This document shows, piece after piece, positions 7,949 through 16,908 of a DNA stretch of 20,000 nucleotides. Where the stretch lies: IMG/VR virus record IMGVR_UViG_3300002488_000005, positions 58,618-78,617 of that record; one strand, given 5' to 3'. The position numbers were made by a program, and so were the translations under genes. The first letter of the stretch is position 1. The number at the start of each line of letters is the position of its first letter. The DNA comes from an uncultured virus (IMG/VR IMGVR_UViG_3300002488_000005). Taxonomy: Duplodnaviria; Heunggongvirae; Uroviricota; Caudoviricetes. Below the pieces are notes generated by a model. It worked only from the letters and a program-made list of their open reading frames with translations. It searched no databases and was not told the DNA's origin.

Positions 7949-8172
7949 AATTTTTATTATTATTAACATTAGCACAAGAGACCGAAGAACCAAAGGTCAA
8001 ATATCAAAAAGAAACGGTCATAGACTTTGAAGGATTAGAATTAGAAGGCGAACTGGTAAGGCCGCAAGGTAACCTCATCTTAGAAAGAAAACGAGCAAAT
8101 TTCAACCCTCTCATTAGACTAAGAGACACTTTTGATGCCGAGATCAAACAATCGGGAAAGGACATAGAGTAG
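7945..8172 (+). CDS. cglF: CglF/GltF-like (myxobacterial adventurous-gliding) small exported protein
   Basis: Short hydrophobic N-terminus, then KETVIDFEGLELEGELVRPQG...ERKRANFNPLIRLRDTFDAEIKQS. This matches the TVIDF...EGEL.KP.G...RK...F..LI..R..F..E...S pattern I recall for CglF/GltF. Confidence 0.72.
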   Translation: MKFLLLLTLAQETEEPKVKYQKETVIDFEGLELEGELVRPQGNLILERKRANFNPLIRLRDTFDAEIKQSGKDIE

Positions 8173-8777
8173 TGAAATTGACAACAAAACAGTTAAAACA
8201 AATCATTAAAGAAGAATTAGGCTCGCTTGTAAAAGAAGCAATGTATGTTCCACCCGGGGTGACTGACATCAGAAAAACACTCAATCCCCGACAGAGAAGA
8301 GCGGCGGATGAATTATACCAGACAGATCCAATAATGGGATCTGAGTTAGGTGGCGTGGACAAAGATCATATGGGCCCTGAGAAACCCGAACAGATTCTTG
8401 GGACTACTGGGATGCGGATACCAAAAGAAACAATTCGAAACACAGCAATAGATTATTTATCATCTGGATGGGATCGTGAGCGAATGCCCTTTAAGAATTG
8501 GAATATACACGCACTAAAGCCAAAGGTAATGAACCATGTACTTGACACACATTATCCCGGCTTCAGGGAACGTTTGGCTAATAGATGGAAAGGAGAACCA
8601 GAACATCAAAAAAGTCAGGACAATCAGCTTAAATGGCATGGCTTCCCTGACGGTGAGGAGTGGTTCGGGAAACATCGTGAATCTATAGATCAAATTGTCA
8701 CGGAAGTTATCTATGATATGTTCAAATTGTACAACAAGGAAGTTCTTCATGATATATTCAAATCGGATAGTATGTGA
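8172..8777 (+). CDS. Hypothetical protein with 'MKLT..L..IIKEE' leader (GTG start)
   Basis: N-terminus MKLTTKQLKQIIKEEL; TAGTG overlap with the upstream stop. Confidence 0.75.
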   Translation: MKLTTKQLKQIIKEELGSLVKEAMYVPPGVTDIRKTLNPRQRRAADELYQTDPIMGSELGGVDKDHMGPEKPEQILGTTGMRIPKETIRNTAIDYLSSGWDRERMPFKNWNIHALKPKVMNHVLDTHYPGFRERLANRWKGEPEHQKSQDNQLKWHGFPDGEEWFGKHRESIDQIVTEVIYDMFKLYNKEVLHDIFKSDSM

Positions 8778-8805
8778 GAAATAGAATATAATTACAAGAA
8801 AAAAC

Positions 8806-8834
8806 TTGACAAACCCCTAAAAGCGTGTTATACT
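8806..8834 (+). promoter_or_regulatory. Sigma70-type promoter (extended -10)
   Basis: TTGACA (8806-8811), 17-nt spacer, TATACT (8829-8834) preceded by TGn, with an A-rich upstream tract, in the largest intergenic gap of the window (78 nt). Confidence 0.85.
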
Positions 8835-8855
8835 ATATTTTTACACGGAGATCAA

Positions 8856-9266
8856 ATGACTAGTTTTTTTATGTTTTTGCTAATGGCATGCCCTGTTGCT
8901 CATGCGGATGTGCCAAAGTTTACAAGTATTAAGAAAGGAGAAGCTGCGCCCTTCGCAGGGCGACTATTCAACGACGAGGCTCTTGCAATTATCATTGTTG
9001 ATAAGAAATTCGAAGGCAAAGAATGCCAGTTGCGTGTGAATTACGAGGTTGATTTGATGAAGGCACATGAAAAATACAAGTTTGATATCCTCACGGCGAC
9101 TTGTGAAGCAGATGATATGCGTTTGAGCGAACTAATTAGCATTAGGGAAGAAGAAAACAAATTTCTTCGTGAACAGATTAAGCCAAGTAAAAACTCGTGG
9201 TGGTTGGCTGGTGGATTTATCACTGGTGTGGCAACTGCGATTGGCATAATGAATGTTATAAAATAG
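8856..9266 (+). CDS. Exported coiled-coil protein with C-terminal membrane anchor (possible spanin component)
   Basis: Signal-like N-terminus (AHA|D cleavage site, or LMAC lipobox-like), helical middle, C-terminal WWLAGGFITGVATAIGIM; GGAG RBS. Confidence 0.6.
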   Translation: MTSFFMFLLMACPVAHADVPKFTSIKKGEAAPFAGRLFNDEALAIIIVDKKFEGKECQLRVNYEVDLMKAHEKYKFDILTATCEADDMRLSELISIREEENKFLREQIKPSKNSWWLAGGFITGVATAIGIMNVIK

Positions 9267-9274
9267 GAATTATT

Positions 9275-9520
9275 ATGAAAATAACAAAACAAAAATTATT
9301 GAACTTAATAAAAGAAGAGATGGAGCTAGATAACGTCCTATCAGACGAATTGGAAAATAAAGTTGGACCAATTGCGAAAAAACTTAGAGATGATTTGAAA
9401 ACAAATGCTGCTGTGGTCAAGATTGTAGACGACGCAGCAAAAAACATTTCTGGTGGAAATGAAAACGTTCAGGGATTAGTCAAGGCAGCTATTCTAAGTA
9501 AGATTTTTATTGAAGACTAA
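9275..9520 (+). CDS. Hypothetical protein with 'MKIT..L..LIKEE' leader
   Basis: ATG at 9275 after AGGA; MKITKQKLLNLIKEEM. The ORF-track start at 9197 is probably too long. Confidence 0.75.
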   Translation: MKITKQKLLNLIKEEMELDNVLSDELENKVGPIAKKLRDDLKTNAAVVKIVDDAAKNISGGNENVQGLVKAAILSKIFIED

Positions 9521-9530
9521 TGGAGGCACC

Positions 9531-9917
9531 TTGAGCAAAGATCCAAATTATGCAATTAAAATAGAAAAAGCAATAGCAAAAAAGTATGGCGATGAAACCG
9601 TACAGCACCCTAAAAAGAATTGGTGCGATAAAAAAGAAAAAAAATACTTATCGGAAATGAAAAGGCTTTACAAGCCAGAAAGCAATCCAGATGATGATGT
9701 TGAAATTGACGGTGTTTTAATATCAAGGAAACTAATTACAAAAGAATCTGATCGTTCTTGTCCGATTTGTAACACATATTCATTCAAATCAAGCGATGAT
9801 GTTTACATGTCAAAGTTTGGTTGCTGTCAAAGGTGCTACATTCAGTGGGTTGAAGGCCGTGAAGAAAGATGGAAAAACGGATGGAGACCAAATGAAGATT
9901 ACAAAAACGAGACTTAG
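9531..9917 (+). CDS. Hypothetical protein with C-terminal zinc-binding motif
   Basis: GGAGG then TTG at 9531; CPIC...CCQRC. Confidence 0.7.
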   Translation: MSKDPNYAIKIEKAIAKKYGDETVQHPKKNWCDKKEKKYLSEMKRLYKPESNPDDDVEIDGVLISRKLITKESDRSCPICNTYSFKSSDDVYMSKFGCCQRCYIQWVEGREERWKNGWRPNEDYKNET

Positions 9918-10197
9918 AAAAATTATTCAAGAAGAAATGCAAAGACTTGAGGAAATCGATAATGATTGGGCTGTTGAAAAGGCCATGGATGAATTGAGAC
10001 GATTATTGCTTTCAGGCAGAATCCCAGATCCAATTATGGTTTTAGATGGTTTTATTGAGGAATTGAAAGCTATGTCTGATGGTGGTAGCGACTTGCCGCC
10101 AACAGGAGGCTCCATTCCTCCTTCAGGTGACATGGGCGGAATGCCAATGCATGCCGGTATGATGGAAGGATTCAAAAGAAAAAAGAGGAAAAAATAA
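9892..10197 (+). CDS. Hypothetical protein with 'MKIT..L..IIQEE' leader
   Basis: ATG at 9892 after GGAG; MKITKTRLRKIIQEEM; G/P/M-rich and basic C-terminus. Confidence 0.72.
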   Translation: MKITKTRLRKIIQEEMQRLEEIDNDWAVEKAMDELRRLLLSGRIPDPIMVLDGFIEELKAMSDGGSDLPPTGGSIPPSGDMGGMPMHAGMMEGFKRKKRKK

Positions 10198-10748
10198 TGG
10201 CAGATTCTAATATTTTAGAGATTGTAAGAGGCTTGGCCCAAGCGGCAGCAAATGCTTATGATGGTTCGCATGATGAGCGCTTTGTTCGTGATGGCGAGGC
10301 TAAGAAAGTCGGACTCCAGAGAGAGGAAGGTTGCCCTATAATGGATTCTAGGGTTATGGATGGATTTAATGTAAAATTTTACGGAAATAAAATCTGTATA
10401 AAATACCAATCAGACATTCAATTGAAAGAGATTCATGGTGGCGGCTTTGAAACAGAGATGGAAAGAAGACTCGATGAGATCAAAAAGTTCTTGCAAAAAG
10501 AGTATAAGGTAATCACCGGCAAATCAATTACATTATCAAAAGTAGACGATATTCAGATTTTAGCAACTTCTGTTTCACGAGTAAGGTCATTTGTACAAGC
10601 ATATCGTCACTATAACATATCCGGCCTAAAAGAAGACGAAGGCTGGAAAGGATCAGAAAATAGATCTGTTGATGATTCTATTAGAAAGTTTTTAGAGTTA
10701 AGTAACAATAACAAGAGACCCCAGAACGATACAAGGAAAAAGGGCTAA
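10197..10748 (+). CDS. Hypothetical protein upstream of terminase
   Basis: 183-aa ORF; GAGG RBS; TAATG overlap. Confidence 0.75.
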   Translation: MADSNILEIVRGLAQAAANAYDGSHDERFVRDGEAKKVGLQREEGCPIMDSRVMDGFNVKFYGNKICIKYQSDIQLKEIHGGGFETEMERRLDEIKKFLQKEYKVITGKSITLSKVDDIQILATSVSRVRSFVQAYRHYNISGLKEDEGWKGSENRSVDDSIRKFLELSNNNKRPQNDTRKKG

Positions 10749-10754
10749 TGTATA

Positions 10755-12338
10755 ATGGCCTTCAGGTTAACAAAGAAACAGATTGTTAAAGAAATACTAA
10801 AATGTGGAAAAGATGCTCCACATTTTATTAATAATTATTGTCGAATAAGTCACCCCATGAAAGGTTTGATTCAGTTCAAGACTTACCCATATCAAGATGA
10901 TTTACTAAATGATTATAATGATTTTAGATTCAACGTTATTCTAAAAGCTAGGCAGTTAGGGATATCAACCATTACTGCTGCTTATTGCGTTTGGTTTATG
11001 CTTTTCCACAAAGAAAAGAACATTGTTGTTCTTGCGACCAAGTTCAGCACAGCGGCGAACTTAGTAAAAAAAGTAAAAAGTATGATGAAGAATTTACCTG
11101 AGTGGATGAAAATAGCAACAATTGACGTTGACAATAGAACGTCTTTTGAATTATCTAATGGCTCAATCATAAAAGCAGTGCCCACTTCTGAAGACGCTGG
11201 TCGTTCAGAGGCGTTATCTTTGCTTGTTGTTGATGAGGCTGCTCATATAGAAAAAATGAATGAAATTTGGACTGCGGTTTACTCCACGCTAGCAACTGGT
11301 GGTCGGTGCATTGCACTTTCTACTCCAAAAGGAACGGGAAACTGGTTTCACAAGACGTATATTGGGGCAGTTGACGGAGAAAACGAATTCAATCCCATAG
11401 AGCTAATGTGGGATGTGCACCCGGAGCGAGATCAGGCTTGGTTTGAAAAGGAAACTAAAAACATGTCTAAGAGACAAGTGGCCCAAGAATTGCTCTGTAA
11501 TTTTAACACCTCCGGAGATACAGTTGTTCATCCGGATGATTTGGCTTGGATTCAAGGAAACATCAAAGATCCGATCTATAGAACTGGATATGATAGAAAT
11601 TTTTGGATTTGGGAGAAATTTGACGGCAATAACCAATACTTACTAACAGCAGACGTAGCCAGAGGCGATGGTGCAGATAATTCTGTATTCCATGTCATAA
11701 AACTAAACACCATGGAGATCGTAGCAGAATATCAGGGCAAACCATCTTTAGATTTATATTCTAGGATCCTGTTTGATGCCGGTGTTGAATACGGAAATTG
11801 CTTATTAGTTGTCGAGAACAACGGAATTGGGATCTCTGTTTTAGAAAAGCTATGTGATTTGGGATATCCTAATCTTTACTATTCAATAAAGTCAACGCAT
11901 GAGTTCGTTGAGTCTTATCAGGGGGAAGTGATGGACAAGGCCGTAGCAGGGTTTACTACTTCTACCAAGACAAGGCCACTGGTTGTGGCTAAATTGGAAG
12001 AATTTTTTAGGAATCGACTCTTAACAACTTATTCATCTAGAATTTATCACGAATTGAAGACATTTATTTGGCAAAACGGCAAACCACAAGCAATGCGTTC
12101 ATATAACGACGATTTGGTTATGGCACTTGCCATCGGCTGCTGGGTCAGAGATACCGCTCTACAGGTCAACAAGAGAGAAGTAGAATATAAAAAAGCGCTA
12201 TTGAATTCTATGTATAAAAGTGACAGCGTTATGAACACAACAATTAAAGGAATGAAGGGCTACAACGAAAAAATTGAAGAAAAACAACAAAAATTCAAAG
12301 AAGATATGACTAAATTCTCATGGATTTACAAAGGATAA
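10755..12338 (+). CDS. Terminase large subunit (T4 gp17-like)
   Basis: YPYQ adenine-binding motif, Walker A KARQLGIST, Walker B LLVVDEAA, motif III STPKG, nuclease acidic motifs ADVARG and DDLVMA. Confidence 0.95.
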   Translation: MAFRLTKKQIVKEILKCGKDAPHFINNYCRISHPMKGLIQFKTYPYQDDLLNDYNDFRFNVILKARQLGISTITAAYCVWFMLFHKEKNIVVLATKFSTAANLVKKVKSMMKNLPEWMKIATIDVDNRTSFELSNGSIIKAVPTSEDAGRSEALSLLVVDEAAHIEKMNEIWTAVYSTLATGGRCIALSTPKGTGNWFHKTYIGAVDGENEFNPIELMWDVHPERDQAWFEKETKNMSKRQVAQELLCNFNTSGDTVVHPDDLAWIQGNIKDPIYRTGYDRNFWIWEKFDGNNQYLLTADVARGDGADNSVFHVIKLNTMEIVAEYQGKPSLDLYSRILFDAGVEYGNCLLVVENNGIGISVLEKLCDLGYPNLYYSIKSTHEFVESYQGEVMDKAVAGFTTSTKTRPLVVAKLEEFFRNRLLTTYSSRIYHELKTFIWQNGKPQAMRSYNDDLVMALAIGCWVRDTALQVNKREVEYKKALLNSMYKSDSVMNTTIKGMKGYNEKIEEKQQKFKEDMTKFSWIYKG

Positions 12339-12342
12339 AAAA

Positions 12343-14286
12343 ATGGCTTATAATAAAAATAACAAGAATCCGTATAATGAAACATCAGGGCTTTTCAAAG
12401 CGCTCACAAAATTATTTTCGGGTCCAATAATAAATAGAAGAACTCAAACAGGCAGAAAACTCAGACGCAGACATTTAGACATGTTTTCATCTAAGTTTAG
12501 ATCTGCTAGCGGTAAACAATTCAAAAAGACAGAATACAATGCAATGAATGCGATCACTGTCAACATGATCTCGGCTAGAAATAGAACAGAGCGTTATGTA
12601 GATTTTGATGAAATGGAATATGAACCAATAATTGCATCTAGTATTGATATTTATGCGGACGAAATCACTACACACTCCTCAATACAACCAATGTTGAAGA
12701 TCAAGTGTCCGAATGATGAAATAAAGGCAATTTTAAATTCATTATATTACAATGTTTTGAACATAGAGCACAATCTTTTTGGATGGGCTCGCACCATGTG
12801 TAAGTATGGCGATCTATTTTTGTATTTAGACCTTGACGATAACATAGGAGTTCGTTCGTGCATTGGGATTCCGTCCCAAGAAGTGGAAAGATTAGAAGGC
12901 GAAGATGAATCAAATCCAAATTATGTACAATTCCAGTGGAATTCTGCTGGTTTGACATTAGAAAACTGGCAGGTTGCACATTTTAGGGTTTTAGGAAACG
13001 ACAAGCACTATCCATACGGGACCTCAGTCTTAGAGCCAGCCAGACGCATATGGAGGCAGCTAATTTTGTTAGAAGACGCCATGATGGCCTACAGAATTGT
13101 TCGTTCTCCAGAAAGACGAGCATTTTATATTGATGTTGGGTCTATTCCCCCGCAAGATGTTGAGCAATATATGCAAAAAGTCATGACTCAAATGAAGAGA
13201 CACCAAGTTGTTGATCCGAAAACTGGTCGGGTTGACTTACGATACAATCCGCTTTCTATTGAGGAGGATTATTTTATTCCAATCCGTGGTGGTGCTTCCA
13301 ACACAAAAATCGAATCTATGAAAGGTGGGGAATTTACCGGCCAAATAGAAGATGTTAAGTATCTGCGTGAAAAGTTGTTCGCAGCGTTAAAAATCCCACA
13401 ATCATACCTTGTTATGGGTGAGGGCGCACAAGAAGACAAGACAACATTGGCCCAAAAGGACATCAGGTTTGCGAGAACAATTCAAAGACTACAAAGATCT
13501 GTTGTGTCTGAATTGGAAAAAATAGGAATTATACATCTTTTTACATTGGGCTATCGTGGAGATGACTTGCTGTCATTCAAGTTAGGTTTGAACAACCCTT
13601 CAAAAATAGCAGAATTACAAGAACTGGAGCACTGGAAGACTAAATTCGACGCAGCGGGTGCGGCCACTGAAAACTATTTCTCTAGAAGGTGGGTAGCAGA
13701 AAACATGTTGGGTGTATCCGAAGAAGAGTTCCTCAGAATGCAAAGAGAGATGTACTTCGACAAAAAATTCTTAGCAGATCTTGAAAAAGCAGCATCTGGT
13801 GAACAAGGAGGCGGTGACGATCTCGGTGGTGGTGATCTAGGCGGAGACCTTGGCGGCGATCTCGGTGGGGACCTTGGTGGTGATTTGGACCTCGGAGGTG
13901 ATGAAGGCGGTGATGCCGGAGAAGATGAAGGAGGAGACGCTGGTGGTGACGATGATGTTCTATTGGCAGCGCCCGGCAAAAGAGATGAGGACATTTGGGT
14001 TCGTGCAGATGCGGCCAAGTTCAAGAGAGGCAAATATAAAAGGCACAAGTCTTCTTATGACAAAGGCGGCAGAAGAAAGCAGATGAAAAATATGGCTACT
14101 GGAGAATATGGACAAACTGGGCGATCAATCTGGAAAGGATATCCAGAACTGAGTCGTTTAGGGAAAGGTATTATAGAATCTCATAAAGTAGAAGAAAATA
14201 AACTATTTAGTACTAAAGATGAAACAGCTTACTTAGTTGAAGGCTTACTATCAAAGAGGAATAATGATGAAAATGAAGCACAATAA
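12343..14286 (+). CDS. Portal protein (T4 gp20-like) with low-complexity C-terminal extension
   Basis: LEDAMMAYRIVRSPERRAFYIDVG, EEDYFIP, EDVKYLREKLFAALKIP and DIRFARTIQRLQ are gp20-family motifs; follows the terminase. Confidence 0.93.
   Translation: MAYNKNNKNPYNETSGLFKALTKLFSGPIINRRTQTGRKLRRRHLDMFSSKFRSASGKQFKKTEYNAMNAITVNMISARNRTERYVDFDEMEYEPIIASSIDIYADEITTHSSIQPMLKIKCPNDEIKAILNSLYYNVLNIEHNLFGWARTMCKYGDLFLYLDLDDNIGVRSCIGIPSQEVERLEGEDESNPNYVQFQWNSAGLTLENWQVAHFRVLGNDKHYPYGTSVLEPARRIWRQLILLEDAMMAYRIVRSPERRAFYIDVGSIPPQDVEQYMQKVMTQMKRHQVVDPKTGRVDLRYNPLSIEEDYFIPIRGGASNTKIESMKGGEFTGQIEDVKYLREKLFAALKIPQSYLVMGEGAQEDKTTLAQKDIRFARTIQRLQRSVVSELEKIGIIHLFTLGYRGDDLLSFKLGLNNPSKIAELQELEHWKTKFDAAGAATENYFSRRWVAENMLGVSEEEFLRMQREMYFDKKFLADLEKAASGEQGGGDDLGGGDLGGDLGGDLGGDLGGDLDLGGDEGGDAGEDEGGDAGGDDDVLLAAPGKRDEDIWVRADAAKFKRGKYKRHKSSYDKGGRRKQMKNMATGEYGQTGRSIWKGYPELSRLGKGIIESHKVEENKLFSTKDETAYLVEGLLSKRNNDENEAQ
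13819..13899 (+). repeat. Coding tandem repeat (DLGG)x6 in the portal tail
   Basis: Mostly 12-bp units GAYCTNGGNGGN with synonymous variation. Confidence 0.85.
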
Positions 14287-15091
14287 GAAAAGAAATACCG
14301 CTTTTCTTTACGAATGTCTTGTAAAAGAACTTACAAAATCAATTGTTAGAAATGATAAAGACAAAAAGAAAGCAATTATAAAGATTATAAAAGAGTTTTA
14401 CTGTAGAGGATCACTCTTGAGAGAGGATTTGGAAATATACAAATCGGTTCTAGAATCCAACAAGATGTCTACAGAGTTCGCCAAAAGATTTATCTTTGAA
14501 GCGAAAAAAGACTACGACGCTTTAGATAGAAAAGCTATCTTCAACCTCCAGACAAAGCTGATTAGAGCCATTAACGAGACGTTATCAAACAATGCTTTTG
14601 CTAACTTTATATCAAACTACAAAGACATAGCGTCTGTTGGTGCTTTTTTTGATTCCAATTTGAAGGCAAAAAACAGACTAATTGTCGAATCTAGGCTGCT
14701 GACAAAATTGACTAAAAAGCCTAGTGCCGAAAAGGAAATGAGGCATATTGATAACCTGACTTATAAAACTTTTGTGGATTCTTTTAACAAGAGATATGAA
14801 AAGACATTAAGAAAAGAGCAAAAGGACTTACTGACTAATTATATTGTTTCTTTTTCTGATAATGGATTAGGCCTAAAATCGTTCATGAATGAGGAAATTT
14901 CACGACTTATAAAAGAGGTAGATAACATTACCGAAACTCAAAAAAACGATAAAAATGGTATGTTTTTGTCCAAAATAGAGCGTGTTTCTACTAAGTTGAA
15001 AGACTTTTCAAAGAAGCCTATCTGTGAGCAAATGGTAAAAGATGTTTTTTATATACAAGATTTAGTAGCGGAGATCAATAGAAATGCCTAA
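14264..15091 (+). CDS. Hypothetical protein downstream of portal (head module)
   Basis: GAGGA RBS at 14256-14260 with ATGs at 14264/14267/14273; MKHNKKRNTAFLYE; largely helical. Confidence 0.75.
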   Translation: MMKMKHNKKRNTAFLYECLVKELTKSIVRNDKDKKKAIIKIIKEFYCRGSLLREDLEIYKSVLESNKMSTEFAKRFIFEAKKDYDALDRKAIFNLQTKLIRAINETLSNNAFANFISNYKDIASVGAFFDSNLKAKNRLIVESRLLTKLTKKPSAEKEMRHIDNLTYKTFVDSFNKRYEKTLRKEQKDLLTNYIVSFSDNGLGLKSFMNEEISRLIKEVDNITETQKNDKNGMFLSKIERVSTKLKDFSKKPICEQMVKDVFYIQDLVAEINRNA

Positions 15092-15770
15092 TTTGAAAAT
15101 AACACCCAAAGACATGCTCAATGTTGATTTATACGATGATGTTGATGTTAGAGTGCAACAGGCGCAACAAGTTCCAGTTCAAATAACGGGCCTTCCGAGT
15201 CAGGAAGAGAAGGTTAGCGTCAATATCAAGCCGCCTGACATGTCTGTTAACATCATTAACGATAAGAAAAGAGTATTTGAATTTCAACTAAATGTTAGAA
15301 GCGCTTTGAATGGCGACTTTATGATTTTTGACCATAAAGACATTGATATCATGATAATAAAGGAAAAAAAGAAAATTGTTGCATTTGCTAAAGACATGAT
15401 GTCGGAGGCGGTTTATGGTGCCGAAAATCGACTTTTCAACCATCTACGTAAAAAAGGGATTGTGGCTTATGACTCAATAAAAGGCGGTAGCGTCTATGGG
15501 TCTCTAGAAGCCCTTATGTTGGAAGCCAAAGATAAAAAAGAGCCGGAAGTTCTTGATTTAGTTTTATATCAAATTAGTGAATGGATGAAGAACGAAAAAC
15601 CACATTTTGAAACCGATAACGATTATGATGATCTTATCAATGACTATTATTCAGATCCAGAAGAAGACCAGTCGACTGAGTTAGGCGAAGTGCCACATGA
15701 AGAAGAAAAAGGATCAATAAGGCAGCATGGCTTGTTTGCTCCATATCTTTACGGGAGATATACGTACTAA
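15084..15770 (+). CDS. Hypothetical protein with acidic C-terminus
   Basis: 228-aa ORF; GGAG RBS; overlaps both neighbours. Confidence 0.72.
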   Translation: MPNLKITPKDMLNVDLYDDVDVRVQQAQQVPVQITGLPSQEEKVSVNIKPPDMSVNIINDKKRVFEFQLNVRSALNGDFMIFDHKDIDIMIIKEKKKIVAFAKDMMSEAVYGAENRLFNHLRKKGIVAYDSIKGGSVYGSLEALMLEAKDKKEPEVLDLVLYQISEWMKNEKPHFETDNDYDDLINDYYSDPEEDQSTELGEVPHEEEKGSIRQHGLFAPYLYGRYTY

Positions 15771-16597
15771 TGATATTATCTGCCTTTCAAATAAAGCAAA
15801 TAATAAAAGAAGAAATAGAATTCTTTTTAGACGAAGATAGAAGGGGTAACAAAATAATTGGCTATCACGCAACAAACACAGGGGTAAATCTATCTAATGT
15901 GCTTGGATGGAAAGAGATTACAACCAATAGGAGCGTAGATATGGCCTCTGCTCAGGGTGGTGGCTTTTACTTATTTAGTGACAAGAATAGAGCACTAAGA
16001 AGACTCAAGAGCACTGCGGCAGTCTCTGATTGGGATGAAGAAACAGGCATTCATTCATATAGAAAGATGGATCCTGATTTAGATGGACTAGGTATGATTA
16101 TAACCCTAGAGGTCCCCTACAGCTTTAGGCACTTGGAAATAGATTATGAGGTTAGCTACGACATTTGGATTGATTTCGTAATCACCTATATGGATAGGTT
16201 CTTGTCCTTAACGCTGCCTAATGGACAAAAGATTTTTGATTATTATGACAAAGAAAATAATAGGATTGTAGTTAANCCACCATACAACGTAAAAAGACAA
16301 TTAGGCCCTTATATTACATTAGACAAGAAAATATCTGGTGGCACAAAAAGATTGGTTGGGAACGTTATGTCTAGAGTTTTCAAATTTATGGAACAAGGAC
16401 TATTTGGTTCTGCTGCTAAGGGAATTCACCAAGAGTTCGAAGAGCAGCTAATTGAGAAAGCACCAGCATTCAAGTATAATGGGAAAAACATCTCACCAAC
16501 TAAAATAGAAATTGTTGTAAATGATAGATTATATGACGTGACAAAAGAAGTTCTTTCTGGGGATTTCGAACGTATGAAAGCAAAACTGGAGATTTGA
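15770..16597 (+). CDS. Leader-bearing protein with putative H-Y-E-class ADP-ribosyltransferase-like domain
   Basis: Leader MILSAFQIKQIIKEEI, then IIGYHATN...QGGGFYLFSD..RA, and a late EIVV strand. Confidence 0.5.
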   Translation: MILSAFQIKQIIKEEIEFFLDEDRRGNKIIGYHATNTGVNLSNVLGWKEITTNRSVDMASAQGGGFYLFSDKNRALRRLKSTAAVSDWDEETGIHSYRKMDPDLDGLGMIITLEVPYSFRHLEIDYEVSYDIWIDFVITYMDRFLSLTLPNGQKIFDYYDKENNRIVVXPPYNVKRQLGPYITLDKKISGGTKRLVGNVMSRVFKFMEQGLFGSAAKGIHQEFEEQLIEKAPAFKYNGKNISPTKIEIVVNDRLYDVTKEVLSGDFERMKAKLEI

Positions 16598-16905
16598 TGG
16601 ATTTACTATATTTTATTCTTGCCTCATATGGCTTGACCTTTATTTTGGTTTATGGCAAGATTTTTGAAGACCTAAGGCCGGCAAAAGATTATAGTAAAAA
16701 ATGGAATACACTATTTCATTGCCCTCTTTGCGTAGGATTTTGGACAGGATGCTTTCTTTTTTTGATAAACGCCGGAACCGAACTATTTACTTTTGATTAC
16801 ACAATTGCAAATTTTTTTATTTGCGGTTGGATCTCATCTGGGACTTCTTATTTTCTATCTATGGTAGTGGATGATTCCGGATTTAAAATAACAAAAAAGG
16901 AATAA
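16597..16905 (+). CDS. DUF1360-like membrane protein
   Basis: Three hydrophobic segments with an LFHCPLCVGFW motif. Confidence 0.6.
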   Translation: MDLLYFILASYGLTFILVYGKIFEDLRPAKDYSKKWNTLFHCPLCVGFWTGCFLFLINAGTELFTFDYTIANFFICGWISSGTSYFLSMVVDDSGFKITKKE

Positions 16906-16908
16906 AAG

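Noticed and set aside
10197..10748. Possible small terminase subunit, by position
   Set aside because: Position is the only support; I recognise no gp16-like motif.
10755..10802. Terminase N-terminus (MAFRLTKKQIVKEILK) resembling the cargo leader
   Set aside because: The spacing differs, and an 'E..KC..D..YF' N-terminal helix is normal for gp17-like terminases.
3283..16276. Ambiguous bases at 3283, 3298 and 16276
   Set aside because: All three fall on third codon positions and keep the frame. This fits population SNPs in a consensus assembly, not programmed variation or a DGR target.
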